Positions 31,960 to 42,723 of a DNA stretch of 64,000 nucleotides are shown here, one piece after another. Within the stretch, counting starts at the first letter, position 1, and every line of letters starts with the position of its first letter. The position numbers and the translations under genes were made by a program. This DNA is from Candidatus Margulisiibacteriota bacterium (GTDB taxonomy: Bacteria; Margulisbacteria; WOR-1; O2-12-FULL-45-9). The notes beneath the pieces were generated by a model. That model was not told where the DNA came from, made no database searches, and saw nothing but the letters and a program-made list of their open reading frames with translations. The DNA lies in contig JAYEOW010000029.1 of assembly GCA_034723395.1 (NCBI GenBank), positions 73,293 to 137,292 of the forward strand. The letters are read 5' to 3'.

Positions 31960-34326
31960 CTAGCCCATTATCACTTCAATGTGGTGCTCGTTCCCTCCCT
32001 TATCCGGTGGGATAAGGTTTGAGCCGAGGCGCTTGTTGTCCATCGTTACCGACTTGACACCTTTCGAAACATTTTCTGGATTTCTTACCGTTATATAATA
32101 GGTGGACCCTCTAAATACTCGTTTAACCTGGAATCCTTTCCACGTTTTCGGGATACAAGGATCGACCAAAAGACCGTTATAATCTGGCCGAATACCGAGG
32201 ATCCAGTTCGATACCGCTACAAAGTTCCAGCAGGCAGCGCCGGTTAACCAGGAGTTTTTTCCTTCTCCGAAATCTTTGTGATGTTTACCTGCGATCATCT
32301 GGCAGTAGATATAAGGCTCGGTCTTGTGGGTGTCGGCGATCTCATTCCTTGCCGCTGGCTGGATCGCTTTATAATATTCATAAGCGATATCACCGCGTCC
32401 GATAATACACTCGGCGATCATTGCCCACGGATTAGGGTGGCAAAAGATCCCGCCGTTCTCTTTTAATCCTGGAGGATAGACACAGATCGATCCGTATTTT
32501 GGGATAAAGTTTGCATAGGGCGGGGTCATGAGGATAATCCCATGTTTGGTCCAGAGATGTTTGCGGACAGCATCCATGCATTTTAATGCCTGGTCGTCTT
32601 CTGCGGTTCCCGACATAACTCCCCACGATTGGGTTTCAAGATAAATTTGTCCCTCTTTGTTTTTGCTGGACCCCATCGGTTCTTCATCCTCGTCAAAGGA
32701 GCGCATATACCAACTGCCGTCCCAGGCGACCTTGTTGATCCGTTTTTTCATGTCTTCGGCGATATCGTTATATTTTTTAACATCCTCTTTCTTATCGATC
32801 AATTCGGCCATCTTAGCCATCTCTCTAGCCCCATAGACAACCATTTGGGCGACCATGACCGATTCGGCCTTCTCCTTGCCGTGGGTCAGGTTTAAGCAAT
32901 CGTTCCAGTCGGCGAAATAGATCTTAGGGAGGTTGTGCGGACCGCAATGGTTAAGCGAAAAGTCGATCGCGCGCGCCATATGGTCATAGATCGTCCCTTT
33001 TTCTCCACCGACATAAGGGACCTCGGTCTCCAAAAATCGGATGTCTCCAGCCTCTTTAATATAAGCGGGGATCGAAACAGTTAACCAGAGATGATCGTCC
33101 GAATAGCCGGAACCATTTCCCTTCTTAGTTAACGGCGAATATTGGTGGTAAGCGGACCCATCTTCAAATTGATTAGATGCCAGGTCAATTATCCGCTCTT
33201 TTACTTTTTCGGGGATCATATGGACAAAACCGAGCGTATCCTGGTTTGAGTCCCTAAATCCCATGCCGCGGCCGATCCCTGATTCATAATAGGAGGCAGA
33301 GCGCGACCAGTTAAAAGTGGTGCGGCATTGGTACTGGTTCCAGGTGTTTACCATAAGGTCTAATTCGGGATCTTCGGATTGTACGGAGAAATTGCTGAGC
33401 CCATCATCCCAATGTTTTTTTAACTTTTCCAGCTCGGATTTTACAATTTCCGGATCTTTAAATTGTGCGATCTTTTTTGGTGGATCGTCGATATCTTCGC
33501 TAAAACCTAGAACAAAGATAAAGGTTTTAGTCTCGCCCGCTTTAAGTTTAAAATTAAACATCTGCGATCCGATCGGCGACCAGCCGCAAGCGATCGAGCC
33601 GTTCATTTTTCCTTCGATAACATTCTTTGGGGCAGAAAAGTCTCCGTAGTTGCCAAGAAAATCCCTGCGTTGGGTATCAAATCCTTTGGCGGTAATGTTG
33701 CTGCATCCAAAATAGCCGACCAGATTCTTTTCTACCCGATATCTTGAGAGATGGTAGATAATATTGTCTTTATAGTCGGTCTGGCCGATGTTTAGATTAT
33801 ATTGGTAGTCGGTCATGTCGTTAAGCGCGTCCCAGAGGCAGAATTCGACAAAAGAAAAAAGCGAGAGATCTTTGCTCTTTACTCCGATTGCTCCTTTGGC
33901 CGGCTCATATTTCAATTCGACCATCCAAACTTCTAGATTCTCACCAAGGGGGACAAAGTAAGTAGTTTTGCTCTGGACGCCGGAATATTCGGATGAGATA
34001 ACAGTATAACCCATTCCGTGGCGGCACTCGTATTTATAATCTTTCAGATCTTTTAAGACCGGCTGCCAGGAGAGTGACCAGTAGTCTTTGGTCGTGTTAT
34101 CACGAAGGTAGAGATACCTTCCCCCGCGGTCCATCGGGACATTGTTGTAGCGGTAGCGTAAAATTCTTCTCTCGCGGGGATCTTTGTAAAAGCTGTATCC
34201 TCCTGCAGTATTGCTCATCAGAGCGCAGTACTCTTCGGATCCCAGATAGTTGATCCATGGTAGTGGAGTTTTGGGACTGGTAACCACATACTCCTTATTT
34301 TCTTTATCAAAATATCCATATTTCAT
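31960..34326 (-). CDS. Glycoside hydrolase family 94 cellobiose/cellodextrin phosphorylase-like
   Basis: N-terminal MKYGYFDKENKEYVVTSPKTPLPWINYLGSEEYCALMSNTAGGYSFYKDPRERRILRYRYNNVP matches the start of cellobiose phosphorylase. 788 aa. Confidence 0.85.
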   Translation of the reverse strand: MKYGYFDKENKEYVVTSPKTPLPWINYLGSEEYCALMSNTAGGYSFYKDPRERRILRYRYNNVPMDRGGRYLYLRDNTTKDYWSLSWQPVLKDLKDYKYECRHGMGYTVISSEYSGVQSKTTYFVPLGENLEVWMVELKYEPAKGAIGVKSKDLSLFSFVEFCLWDALNDMTDYQYNLNIGQTDYKDNIIYHLSRYRVEKNLVGYFGCSNITAKGFDTQRRDFLGNYGDFSAPKNVIEGKMNGSIACGWSPIGSQMFNFKLKAGETKTFIFVLGFSEDIDDPPKKIAQFKDPEIVKSELEKLKKHWDDGLSNFSVQSEDPELDLMVNTWNQYQCRTTFNWSRSASYYESGIGRGMGFRDSNQDTLGFVHMIPEKVKERIIDLASNQFEDGSAYHQYSPLTKKGNGSGYSDDHLWLTVSIPAYIKEAGDIRFLETEVPYVGGEKGTIYDHMARAIDFSLNHCGPHNLPKIYFADWNDCLNLTHGKEKAESVMVAQMVVYGAREMAKMAELIDKKEDVKKYNDIAEDMKKRINKVAWDGSWYMRSFDEDEEPMGSSKNKEGQIYLETQSWGVMSGTAEDDQALKCMDAVRKHLWTKHGIILMTPPYANFIPKYGSICVYPPGLKENGGIFCHPNPWAMIAECIIGRGDIAYEYYKAIQPAARNEIADTHKTEPYIYCQMIAGKHHKDFGEGKNSWLTGAACWNFVAVSNWILGIRPDYNGLLVDPCIPKTWKGFQVKRVFRGSTYYITVRNPENVSKGVKSVTMDNKRLGSNLIPPDKGGNEHHIEVIMG

Positions 34327-34346
34327 CTTATCTTCTCCTTCCTGAC

Positions 34347-34417
34347 GGAACCTGCGAATGAAATTCGCGGTTCCCCGGGAAATCGGAACCGAGACTTTCA
34401 GCCTGCCTGCCGGCAGG
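34347..34417. promoter_or_regulatory. 5' leader of the GH94 gene carrying two dyads: GGAACCTGCGAATGAAATTCGCGGTTCC (34347-34374) and CCTGCCTGCCGGCAGG (34402-34417)
   Basis: Palindromes seen directly in the 188-bp gap between the GH42-like and GH94 genes. Confidence 0.35.
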
Positions 34418-34514
34418 TCTCAGGTTTCGATTTTACATTCTAATTTTTACCGTCCAAAGGCTATATTTTAGCATAAAATTAGTAGAGATGCGAGATGCGA
34501 TATGTGGAATGTGA

Positions 34515-36314
34515 TTATATAGATTTTCTAACGAATTGGAGCCACTTCTTGCTCCCTTTTCGGATCGCTAAGAAGATTGAAAAGTTGGCATAAATTACTT
34601 TACCTTTGCCGATCTTTTTGGTAATAATTTGTTCTTTTTTAGGCTTGTCTTTTAGCCCATCGATTAGACCATTTATAGTTGGTTCGGTATATTCGTATTT
34701 GACTCCTAGCAAATCTTCCATTAAAGCATTAGCATAAAGATGCCCGTTCTCGTCTTTTACTCCAAAGCGGGCTTCGGTGATCAACTTGCCTCCCGATTTG
34801 ATCCATTTCTTAACATTACTATATTGTTTTTTTGATAATAGATAAGGATTTGGCATAAGGATCGTTTTATAAGGGAGTTTTCCAGAATCGATGTCTTGTT
34901 CGAAAATAAAATCGATCGGTTCTCCTTTTTTGTGAATTGCCATATGCGCAGCGGCGGTCGAATCCATGGTATGCACTAAACCTATATCTCCGCGAACACT
35001 TTCCCATTGGCCAGAAACACCGCGGGCGGGGCCCTGTTCCTGGTAGCTTTGGATCTCGCTTGAGCGGAGGTAGGCGATTGCAATATTAGAGCGGGTAATG
35101 CGTAATGGGTAATGCGTAATGAGTTTTTTTGCTAACTTTTTGATTGTCTCCAGCCTGGGAGTCGAGCTGCCATCGGATTTTAGGATGCCAAAGCCCTGGG
35201 TTTCGGCGCCGAACAAGGGCGGCAGCCAGTTGTGGTAGAGGATTGCCTCCGCGCCGTGCTTGACTGCCATCTCGGTCCATCCTTTGATCTCGGGCCCTTT
35301 TACATATTTAGGGTTCCCCCAGCGGACATTCTGCCCCCCCTGGAGTTCAGTAATATGGAATTCAGCCTTATTTGACCGGCAATAACTTCTCCACAGATCG
35401 TAAGTGTAAGCGAGATGCTGATCGCTCATATTTCCGCCAGCTGGATACACATCGAGACCGAAGAAATCTAAATTTTCTGCAATCATGCTATGATCGGGAA
35501 CACGGGTACAGATACCGATAAAGCCATTAGTACCGACCTTATGTTTTTTATCGATTGCTTTTACAACCTTTGCCAGACGGCTGACCCAATCTTTAATACT
35601 ATCAGTTTTAAACCTGAACCAGTCGAGAAAGATATGCGGCGAAACCGCGTCCCAGATACCAGCCTTTGGTGTTGTAATATCTTCAAAGCGGGAAAAGGTC
35701 GTCGTCCAGAACTTTGCTCCCCATACTTCGTTTAATTTATCGATTGTTTTATATCTCTCTTTTGCCCATTTAATAAATGCTTTTTTGCTGTGATCGCAGT
35801 GGCAGAAATCGTTTGAGGTTGTGCTGTCGAGCGGCGGGTAGACCGGTTCGTTATCGACTTGCCAGTAAAGCACTGCTGGATGATCTTTGTAGCGCGCAAC
35901 CATTTTCCTGGCCACAATTTCTGCGTGTTTACGGTAGTTAGGGTTATCTTTACAAACATTCGGCCGCGGGCCGTAATCCGGATAGAGCGTTCCGTCGTTA
36001 GCGACGGAGCGGCTGTCAGGATAGAGCCTAAAAAACCAGGTGGGGACCTGCGAGGTTGGGATGCCGAGAAGGACTTTGATCTTATGCTTGGCGCAGAGAT
36101 CAAGCGCCTCGTCGAGCTCTTCAAACTTGAAGTTTCCCGGTTCCGGCTCGATCCAATCCCAGGCCATCTCGCCGAAGCGGACGATATTGAGCCCCGCCTG
36201 TTTTATCTCCTTAAAGGTTTTATCCCAGGTTTCTTTGGGCCATTGGTCAGGATAATATGTTACGCCAAATGGAAACATGGTTGGGATTATAACATAATTA
36301 TTATAAGCCCTCAC
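34515..36314 (-). CDS. Glycoside hydrolase, GH42-like (beta-galactosidase-type TIM barrel)
   Basis: FGVTYYPDQWPKETWDKTFKEIKQAGLNIVRFGEMAWDWIEPEPG resembles the GH42 N-terminus. The GTG start at 36314..36312 lies inside the repeat element. Confidence 0.72.
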   Translation of the reverse strand: MRAYNNYVIIPTMFPFGVTYYPDQWPKETWDKTFKEIKQAGLNIVRFGEMAWDWIEPEPGNFKFEELDEALDLCAKHKIKVLLGIPTSQVPTWFFRLYPDSRSVANDGTLYPDYGPRPNVCKDNPNYRKHAEIVARKMVARYKDHPAVLYWQVDNEPVYPPLDSTTSNDFCHCDHSKKAFIKWAKERYKTIDKLNEVWGAKFWTTTFSRFEDITTPKAGIWDAVSPHIFLDWFRFKTDSIKDWVSRLAKVVKAIDKKHKVGTNGFIGICTRVPDHSMIAENLDFFGLDVYPAGGNMSDQHLAYTYDLWRSYCRSNKAEFHITELQGGQNVRWGNPKYVKGPEIKGWTEMAVKHGAEAILYHNWLPPLFGAETQGFGILKSDGSSTPRLETIKKLAKKLITHYPLRITRSNIAIAYLRSSEIQSYQEQGPARGVSGQWESVRGDIGLVHTMDSTAAAHMAIHKKGEPIDFIFEQDIDSGKLPYKTILMPNPYLLSKKQYSNVKKWIKSGGKLITEARFGVKDENGHLYANALMEDLLGVKYEYTEPTINGLIDGLKDKPKKEQIITKKIGKGKVIYANFSIFLAIRKGSKKWLQFVRKSI

Positions 36315-36432
36315 CCCCTTTGTCCCCCTCTCCCAGAGGTAGAGGGGGAGTGTGTATAAAAGCCTTTCCCTCTCCCTTTGGGAGAGGGACGCTAAAAAAA
36401 AGGTAAAGGATAGAAAAATACCAGGGTGAGGG
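36308..36432. repeat. Composite MITE-like repeat (CCCTCACCC...CCCTCTCCC-tttg-GGGAGAGGG...GGGTGAGGG)
   Basis: Terminal inverted motifs plus an internal GGGAGAGGG hairpin. It supplies the GTG start of the GH42-like gene. Confidence 0.65.
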
Positions 36433-36435
36433 TTG

Positions 36436-39400
36436 TTAACCTAGGGTTACAATTATCTTTTTAACTTTGCGCTCGCGGATCATTTTGGAATACGGTTCGG
36501 GAATATACGGCTTGGTTAGCTCGATCTCCTGGCTGTCAAAAATGATCTTATAAGAGACCGGTCTTAACCCATCGAAAGTATTCTTCTTGGTTTTATTAAT
36601 ATAAGTTACCTCGATCGAGCCGAGCAGGTTAAAACTGAATTTATCTTTTTTAAAGAGCCATTTTGGGAGGATGGGGGAGAGGGTAAAAACAAGCTTTCCG
36701 TTATCGTCGAGAGAAAAGACCTTTTTGCCGGTGGTCATGATGATCCAGATATCGATGAATTCGGCGGAGGCGCCCGAAAGCCGGGCGACAAAGCCGCGGC
36801 CGTGGTCGTCCTTGTTAGGATGCGCGCTGCTGACCAGGAACGACGAGTTTTCGAGGATGCTCCTTCGATATTTTTTCGGATCGAGGAACGGGATAAGGAC
36901 ATTTTTGAAATCACCGAAGAATTCTTTGTATAATCCGGCTTTTAATAACTCCAGCATATACTTATATTCCATATGGAGCCAGACCGATTCGTTCTCCAGC
37001 CAGCCGGGGGTAAATATCCGGGCGCGGCCGATCTCGATCGGTTCCCCTTCAAGCGGTGAATTAACTTTATACATCTTAAGTGCCTTATCGTAAAGAGTGC
37101 TTTTTTTGACCAGACCGTAGATCTTCTTGTCATGCTCAACCTTTAGCGCGTGCACAAACCCTTCGAGGAATAGAGGAAGCGGCTTTTGGGCGAACTTTTT
37201 AACTTCGATCTTATCTTTATGTTTTTCGTAATCGGTTACTTCGTTGATGAAATAAGTATAATAATTCTTGTACTTACTGAGACACTTTCTAATCCCCCGG
37301 TCGCATTTGTTAATAATATTTCCGAGAAAAGCCAGAAGGTCCTTCGCGCTTAACCTTTCTTCCTTCCCGCTGACGCCGAACCGGGTCTTTTTACGGTACG
37401 CTTCCTTTAACTTGTAGCTGTTCTCCCAGTATTTAAAGGGATCGGCGGCATGAGAAAGCTCATTGTTAAGCAGATTGATAAACTCCATTACTTCTGCCGG
37501 CAAGGATACTTCGCTTTTGTCACTAATTTTTGTTTTGAAGTATTGGGCGAGACGTTTTAATTCTAAGGTTTCAGATAAAGATGAACCGAAAAGGGCGGGG
37601 AGGCCGTTTAACGCATCGTACCAGTCGGGTTTTTCTGCCTCCATCTCGAGGCCGATCCCTTCCGCGTCGAAGGAGGCGGCTTTATTGACCAGAATGGTCA
37701 AGATCTTAGCGGCGAGGGTAGTTTTATATTTTTGCGGCCCGGCCGCTTTGTCGGATTTTCTTACCGACCGGTATTGCCGGACATTGCCTTTATTCAGGCA
37801 GTATTTTTCTTTCCGGTCGGCGACGTAGTGGTCATTCTGGAAAAAAGAAAATATCTTCTTATCAAAGAACAGGCCTTTGACCCTTTCAGGGTAGATCGCT
37901 TCAAAACTTTCGAGCAGGTCGGTATTATATGAGAAATGATCGATCCAGAATCCTTCTCCGTGGCAGGCGCTATCTTCGATTTCGGAGGCTTCGATGATCT
38001 CTTCGGCCGCTTTTTTTGGGGAAGCGGTGAGTTTTAGCAGTGGGCCGAGCAGGAATGGTTTGCTTAGATCGATTTCTTTCCCTTTGAAATATTTAGCGGC
38101 AATATCGCCTGCTTTACTTTTGGATTTTATATAAAGTTGTGATCCGAGGACGACTAACGGATTAAACCCGTCAAGCTGGACAAGGTTATAGAAGCGCTTG
38201 ATGTTGTCATCTGCCACGGTTGGATTAAAAAAGATGTCGTTCCGGCGGTTCTGGTTGATGTCGCGGTAATTCCCGTTCCCCTGCGAATAGAAGGTCGGCA
38301 TTAGTTTAAAATTGTTGTAGTCGCGCTCCATATCGCCGTGTTTGCGGTAATACAGGTAGATTATCTTTCCGTCGATATTTACGGGGAAGCCGCCGCGCAT
38401 AACGTTATCAAGAAAGTTTTGGCGGCAGTAGAGGTCGAATTGTTTGGATGCGCTTTGGGTCCCCGCTGATCCACAGAGGCTGTCGACCAGCTTTTTGTTC
38501 TCTTCCGCTTTTTTAGCAAAGAAACCGGCTTCGCCGCTATTTTTCTTGATCTGATTGAGGGCGGCAATGCTGTCGGCTTGCCCGAGGAGCGACCCTAACG
38601 AAAAACTGTCTTTTGCTTTAATGTTCAACTTTTTATAGGCAAAAGCGCACGGAGTAAATCCCTGGGTATGCTGTTTTTTTGGGATAGAGAAGTTCTTTTG
38701 GCCGATAAAAACCGAAGGGGAACCAAAGCTCCGGGTTTCGCCAAAGACAAGCTTTGGTTCAACAATAACCGCTGAACTGTCAGGTGAAACAAAGAAATTA
38801 CCTTTGCTGATAAGCTGGGTTTCCGAGACATCGGCTGGCGATACCTTTAGTTTGCAGAAGGCGGTCCCGCTATCAAGGTTTTTCACGACACACCACGATT
38901 CGATGGTGCGGCTGATCCTTTTTAAAAGGTCATCGGCAAAACCGTATGGGATAATGACCGGGATCCCGTCCAGCAGCTCAACCTTTTTGCTTTTGCCCGA
39001 AAGGTTAATGATCTTTATTGTGCGAGCGAGCGCCGGATAAGGCTCGTTGGCGATGGTGAAAAAATTTACTTCAACCCTGATCTTGAGTTTTTGATTTTCT
39101 TCAACTAGTGTAAGGTCGTGTGGAGTAATGCGCATTTCGTTTTTATTGCCGGAATTTTCGAGGAATGGTTCATAGAATTTTCCGTCGATCTTAATAAATG
39201 TCCGAAAGCCGGTGAGGGAAACGGTGCGGTAAGCCTTATTTGCCGGTAGAAATTCCATGATCGCCCCATCTTTGTCATTTACTCCCGCGGAGGTAATGCA
39301 CTGTCCGCGGTTAGCATAAAAGACCCACATTGGACAGCCAAAGACGCCGGCGATCCCGGGGAAAAAACTCGAAAAGGCAGGGGATAAATTATAGTTTTCG

Positions 39401-39447
39401 ATTACGAACCCATCGTTTGCCGATATATGGTATTTGGGCTTTTTCAT
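36436..39447 (-). CDS. Large hypothetical protein (1003 aa); possibly a glycoside hydrolase or phosphorylase, judged only from its operon context
   Basis: Long ORF between glmS and the GH42-like gene. No family could be assigned by eye. Confidence 0.7.
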   Translation of the reverse strand: MKKPKYHISANDGFVIENYNLSPAFSSFFPGIAGVFGCPMWVFYANRGQCITSAGVNDKDGAIMEFLPANKAYRTVSLTGFRTFIKIDGKFYEPFLENSGNKNEMRITPHDLTLVEENQKLKIRVEVNFFTIANEPYPALARTIKIINLSGKSKKVELLDGIPVIIPYGFADDLLKRISRTIESWCVVKNLDSGTAFCKLKVSPADVSETQLISKGNFFVSPDSSAVIVEPKLVFGETRSFGSPSVFIGQKNFSIPKKQHTQGFTPCAFAYKKLNIKAKDSFSLGSLLGQADSIAALNQIKKNSGEAGFFAKKAEENKKLVDSLCGSAGTQSASKQFDLYCRQNFLDNVMRGGFPVNIDGKIIYLYYRKHGDMERDYNNFKLMPTFYSQGNGNYRDINQNRRNDIFFNPTVADDNIKRFYNLVQLDGFNPLVVLGSQLYIKSKSKAGDIAAKYFKGKEIDLSKPFLLGPLLKLTASPKKAAEEIIEASEIEDSACHGEGFWIDHFSYNTDLLESFEAIYPERVKGLFFDKKIFSFFQNDHYVADRKEKYCLNKGNVRQYRSVRKSDKAAGPQKYKTTLAAKILTILVNKAASFDAEGIGLEMEAEKPDWYDALNGLPALFGSSLSETLELKRLAQYFKTKISDKSEVSLPAEVMEFINLLNNELSHAADPFKYWENSYKLKEAYRKKTRFGVSGKEERLSAKDLLAFLGNIINKCDRGIRKCLSKYKNYYTYFINEVTDYEKHKDKIEVKKFAQKPLPLFLEGFVHALKVEHDKKIYGLVKKSTLYDKALKMYKVNSPLEGEPIEIGRARIFTPGWLENESVWLHMEYKYMLELLKAGLYKEFFGDFKNVLIPFLDPKKYRRSILENSSFLVSSAHPNKDDHGRGFVARLSGASAEFIDIWIIMTTGKKVFSLDDNGKLVFTLSPILPKWLFKKDKFSFNLLGSIEVTYINKTKKNTFDGLRPVSYKIIFDSQEIELTKPYIPEPYSKMIRERKVKKIIVTLG

Positions 39448-39451
39448 TTAA

Positions 39452-41281
39452 CTATTCTACAGTTACGCTCTTTGCCAGATTTCTCGGCTGGTCCACATGA
39501 CAGCCTCGTTTTACCGCAATGTAATAAGCTAATAATTGAAGCGGGACCGCGGCTAAAATTGGCGAGAGCATCTCGGAGCTCTTGGGGATAGTTACGATCC
39601 CGTCCGCTTTTTCTGACAAGGAGTTGTTTCCCTCGGTAGCGACCGCGATCACGATCCCCCCGCGTGCTTTTACCTCTTCAATATTACCTAATATCTTCTC
39701 ATATCTCCTGCCGGCCAGGGCCAGGACTACTACCGGCATGTTTTTGTCGATCAGGGCGATCGGGCCATGTTTCATCTCGGCGGCGGGATAGCCCTCGGCA
39801 TGAATATATGAGACCTCTTTGAGTTTTAACGCCCCTTCCAGTGCGACCGGAAATCCTTTGCCGCGGCCGAGATAGAGCGCATTGTTAGCTTTGTATAATT
39901 TTTCAGCGATCTTTTCGACCTCTTTTTCCCGAAGGAGGGCTTGTTCGAGCTTTTCCGGGATCCCGATCAGGTCATTGACCAGTTTTAGCGATTCCGGTTC
40001 GCTAATTATCCCTTTCCTTTTTCCGAAAAGGATTGCCAGCAGGTAGATAACAGTCAATTGGGTGGTAAATGCTTTGGTCGAAGCGACCCCGATCTCCGGC
40101 CCGGCATTGGTATAAACCACGCCATGTGATTCACGGGCGATCGAGGAATCGATCACATTGCAGATCGAAATAACTTTGGCGTTCTGTGCTTTTGCCTCCC
40201 AGACCGCGCCTAAGGTATCGGCAGTTTCTCCTGACTGGGTAATAGCGATTACCAGGGTGTTCTCGTCGATGATCGGATGCCGGTACCTGAATTCGGCCGC
40301 GTACTCGACCTCTGCCGGGATTTTAGCAAATTGTTCGAACAGATATTCACCGACTAATCCGGCATGCCAGGATGTCCCGCAGGCGGTAAAGACGATGCGG
40401 TTAATCTTTCTGATCTCTTCATCGGTTAAATTTAATTCGTCAAAATGGATCTTGTGGCTTTCGGCGGTAATCCTCCCTTTGATAGTTTTGCGAATAGCGT
40501 TGGGCTGTTCGTGGATCTCTTTGAGCATGAAGTGTGTGTATCCGCCCTTTTCGGCCGATTCCGGGTCCCAGGAAATCAGCTCAACGTTAACGTCTGCGTT
40601 CTTCCCCTCGTGGTCAAAGATCTCAGCCTCATTAGCGCTTATGATCCCCATCTGGCCGTTATCAAGCTTTACGATCTTGCTGGTATACTTGAGAAGGGCG
40701 GGGATATCGGACGAGATAAAGGTCTCTTTTTCGCCAAAGCCGATGATCAGCGGGCTGCCGTGGCGGGCGATGAAGATCTTTTCCGGATCATGCTCTGAAA
40801 TAACCGCTAAAGCATACGATCCGCGGATCCGGTTTAATGTTTTAGCAATTGCTTTAAATAAGTTGCCGTCAAAGTTCTCCTCGATCAAATGGGCAACAAC
40901 TTCGGTATCGGTAGCCGAATCAAACTTGTGTCCTTTGTTGGCCAGTTCACGGCGAAGTTCCAGGTAATTTTCAATGATCCCGTTATGGACAACGGTGATC
41001 TTGCCGGTACAGTCCTGGTGGGGGTGAGAGTTAAGGTGGGACGGCCTTCCATGAGTTGCCCAGCGGGTGTGGCCGATCCCGATCCCGCCGCCGATCGGTT
41101 TTTGTTTGAGGATCTCTTCGAGGTCGACGATTTTCCCTGCGCATTTTGAAACAAACAGTTTTTTATTGTCCAGGGTCGCGACGCCGGCAGAATCGTAGCC
41201 GCGGTATTCGAGCTTCTTCAGCCCTTCGACGATAAAGGGGACCGCCTCTTTGTTTCCAATATATCCGAAGATTCCGCACAT
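39452..41281 (-). CDS. glmS: Glutamine--fructose-6-phosphate aminotransferase (isomerising)
   Basis: N-terminal MCGIFGYIG (catalytic Cys2). Two SIS domains. 609 aa. Confidence 0.95.
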   Translation of the reverse strand: MCGIFGYIGNKEAVPFIVEGLKKLEYRGYDSAGVATLDNKKLFVSKCAGKIVDLEEILKQKPIGGGIGIGHTRWATHGRPSHLNSHPHQDCTGKITVVHNGIIENYLELRRELANKGHKFDSATDTEVVAHLIEENFDGNLFKAIAKTLNRIRGSYALAVISEHDPEKIFIARHGSPLIIGFGEKETFISSDIPALLKYTSKIVKLDNGQMGIISANEAEIFDHEGKNADVNVELISWDPESAEKGGYTHFMLKEIHEQPNAIRKTIKGRITAESHKIHFDELNLTDEEIRKINRIVFTACGTSWHAGLVGEYLFEQFAKIPAEVEYAAEFRYRHPIIDENTLVIAITQSGETADTLGAVWEAKAQNAKVISICNVIDSSIARESHGVVYTNAGPEIGVASTKAFTTQLTVIYLLAILFGKRKGIISEPESLKLVNDLIGIPEKLEQALLREKEVEKIAEKLYKANNALYLGRGKGFPVALEGALKLKEVSYIHAEGYPAAEMKHGPIALIDKNMPVVVLALAGRRYEKILGNIEEVKARGGIVIAVATEGNNSLSEKADGIVTIPKSSEMLSPILAAVPLQLLAYYIAVKRGCHVDQPRNLAKSVTVE

Positions 41282-41282
41282 G

Positions 41283-42626
41283 TTACTGGTTTAATATCGC
41301 TTCTACCTCTTTCTTGGCAAGTTGAAGCTGTTTCCTTATTTTTTCCGGTTTATAATCGGATCCCGAAGTTACATAATCCCACATGATCCCGAACCTTCGG
41401 GTCAAGATCGGCTCAAGCAATCCCCAGCTTGGCACCGGCGGATAGGTACGGCCGATGAGCACCGCTTTTTTAAATATTTTTCGATGAGGATCCCTGGCGA
41501 AGAAGGGATCGTCAAAAGCATCCATTCTGGCGGGTAAGAATCCAGACACTTTTGTGTATGCGATCTGGGCTTTTCTGGAGGTCAAATATTTTATGACCTT
41601 AAAGGCCCCCGCCTTATTTTTAGCATGTTTAAAGATGGCCAGGTTCGATCCGCCGACAAAAGTATACCTTCCCTTGGGCCCTCTCGGATATTCGGTGACC
41701 GCGAAATTCCTGGAAGTGAGCGAGCCGGCCGCGCCCCCTTCGGCAGCGGGGCGGGTCAGGGTCTTAACCTCGTATGGCCCGTCGAAATACATCGCACAGG
41801 TACCGTCGTTAAAGTTGCCGGAGACCTGGGCGGTGTTTAGCTCGAGGTATGATATTGGGACAAAACTGTCGCGGACCAGGCTGATATAAAAAGAGATCCC
41901 GTTAAATACCGCATCACTGTCCAAGACGCAGGTCTTTCGGTCGGCCCCTAAAAAATCTCCGCCAGCCATCCAGATCCATGGGGCAAGCGAGTGGATAACG
42001 TTCCAGTCGTTCTTTCCCGACATGCCGAGCGGAGCGATCGATTGGTCATCGATCACCACATCTGCATCGTAGATCTTCTTGAGTGAACGTTTAAATGAAT
42101 TCCAGGTGTTTAATTCGTAGGGACGGACACCTGCCTTCCTTAAAACGTCCCTCCTATAGTAGAGGGCGCGGGCGTCTACGATCCAGGGGATTGCGGTAGT
42201 CTTGCCCGAGTTTTCGATCCCGGTCGTTTTCCAGGCTACCGGGACAAAGGTCTTTCTTCCGCCAAGGTCAGCAATCGCTTCTTTGGAAAGGACTTCAAGC
42301 GCCCCCATTCCGGTAATTGCCGAGACCCAGGTCGAGCCCAACTGAACTACATCTGGAACGTCTCCGGAAGTCGCGGCGGTGGTTATTTTTGACCAGGCGG
42401 CACCCCAGTCGACCGAGGTGATCTTAACTTTGATACCGGTCTCTTTCTCAAATGGTTCCAGGAGCTCTTTGAGATCGCTGACCGGATCGAGTGAGTTGGG
42501 CATGACCCACATTTCGACAACTTTGCTGTCACTTTTTTTGGCGCCGTTATTGCAGCCGGTGATATTGAGAAGTAGGATGGTAGTTAGTAGTATAGCGGGA
42601 AGCAGAATTAGCAGTCTCTTTTTCAT
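41283..42626 (-). CDS. ABC transporter extracellular solute-binding protein (family 1, sugar-type); no permease or ATPase genes adjacent
   Basis: MKKRLLILLPAILLTTILLLNITGCNN is a lipoprotein signal, followed by an SBP fold. The start was set at ATG 42626 (RBS GAGGAG) rather than the track start at 42764. Confidence 0.85.
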   Translation of the reverse strand: MKKRLLILLPAILLTTILLLNITGCNNGAKKSDSKVVEMWVMPNSLDPVSDLKELLEPFEKETGIKVKITSVDWGAAWSKITTAATSGDVPDVVQLGSTWVSAITGMGALEVLSKEAIADLGGRKTFVPVAWKTTGIENSGKTTAIPWIVDARALYYRRDVLRKAGVRPYELNTWNSFKRSLKKIYDADVVIDDQSIAPLGMSGKNDWNVIHSLAPWIWMAGGDFLGADRKTCVLDSDAVFNGISFYISLVRDSFVPISYLELNTAQVSGNFNDGTCAMYFDGPYEVKTLTRPAAEGGAAGSLTSRNFAVTEYPRGPKGRYTFVGGSNLAIFKHAKNKAGAFKVIKYLTSRKAQIAYTKVSGFLPARMDAFDDPFFARDPHRKIFKKAVLIGRTYPPVPSWGLLEPILTRRFGIMWDYVTSGSDYKPEKIRKQLQLAKKEVEAILNQ

Positions 42627-42723
42627 GTATAGGCTCCTCTCAGTTTTATAGCGAACACAAAACGTAATTATACCATAAATAGGGGGGATTTTCAAGGTAA
42701 GACAGCAAAAAAATAACGTCAAA

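Noticed and set aside
39452-41400. glmS ribozyme upstream of glmS
   Set aside because: glmS starts 1 nt after the preceding gene's stop, leaving no leader.
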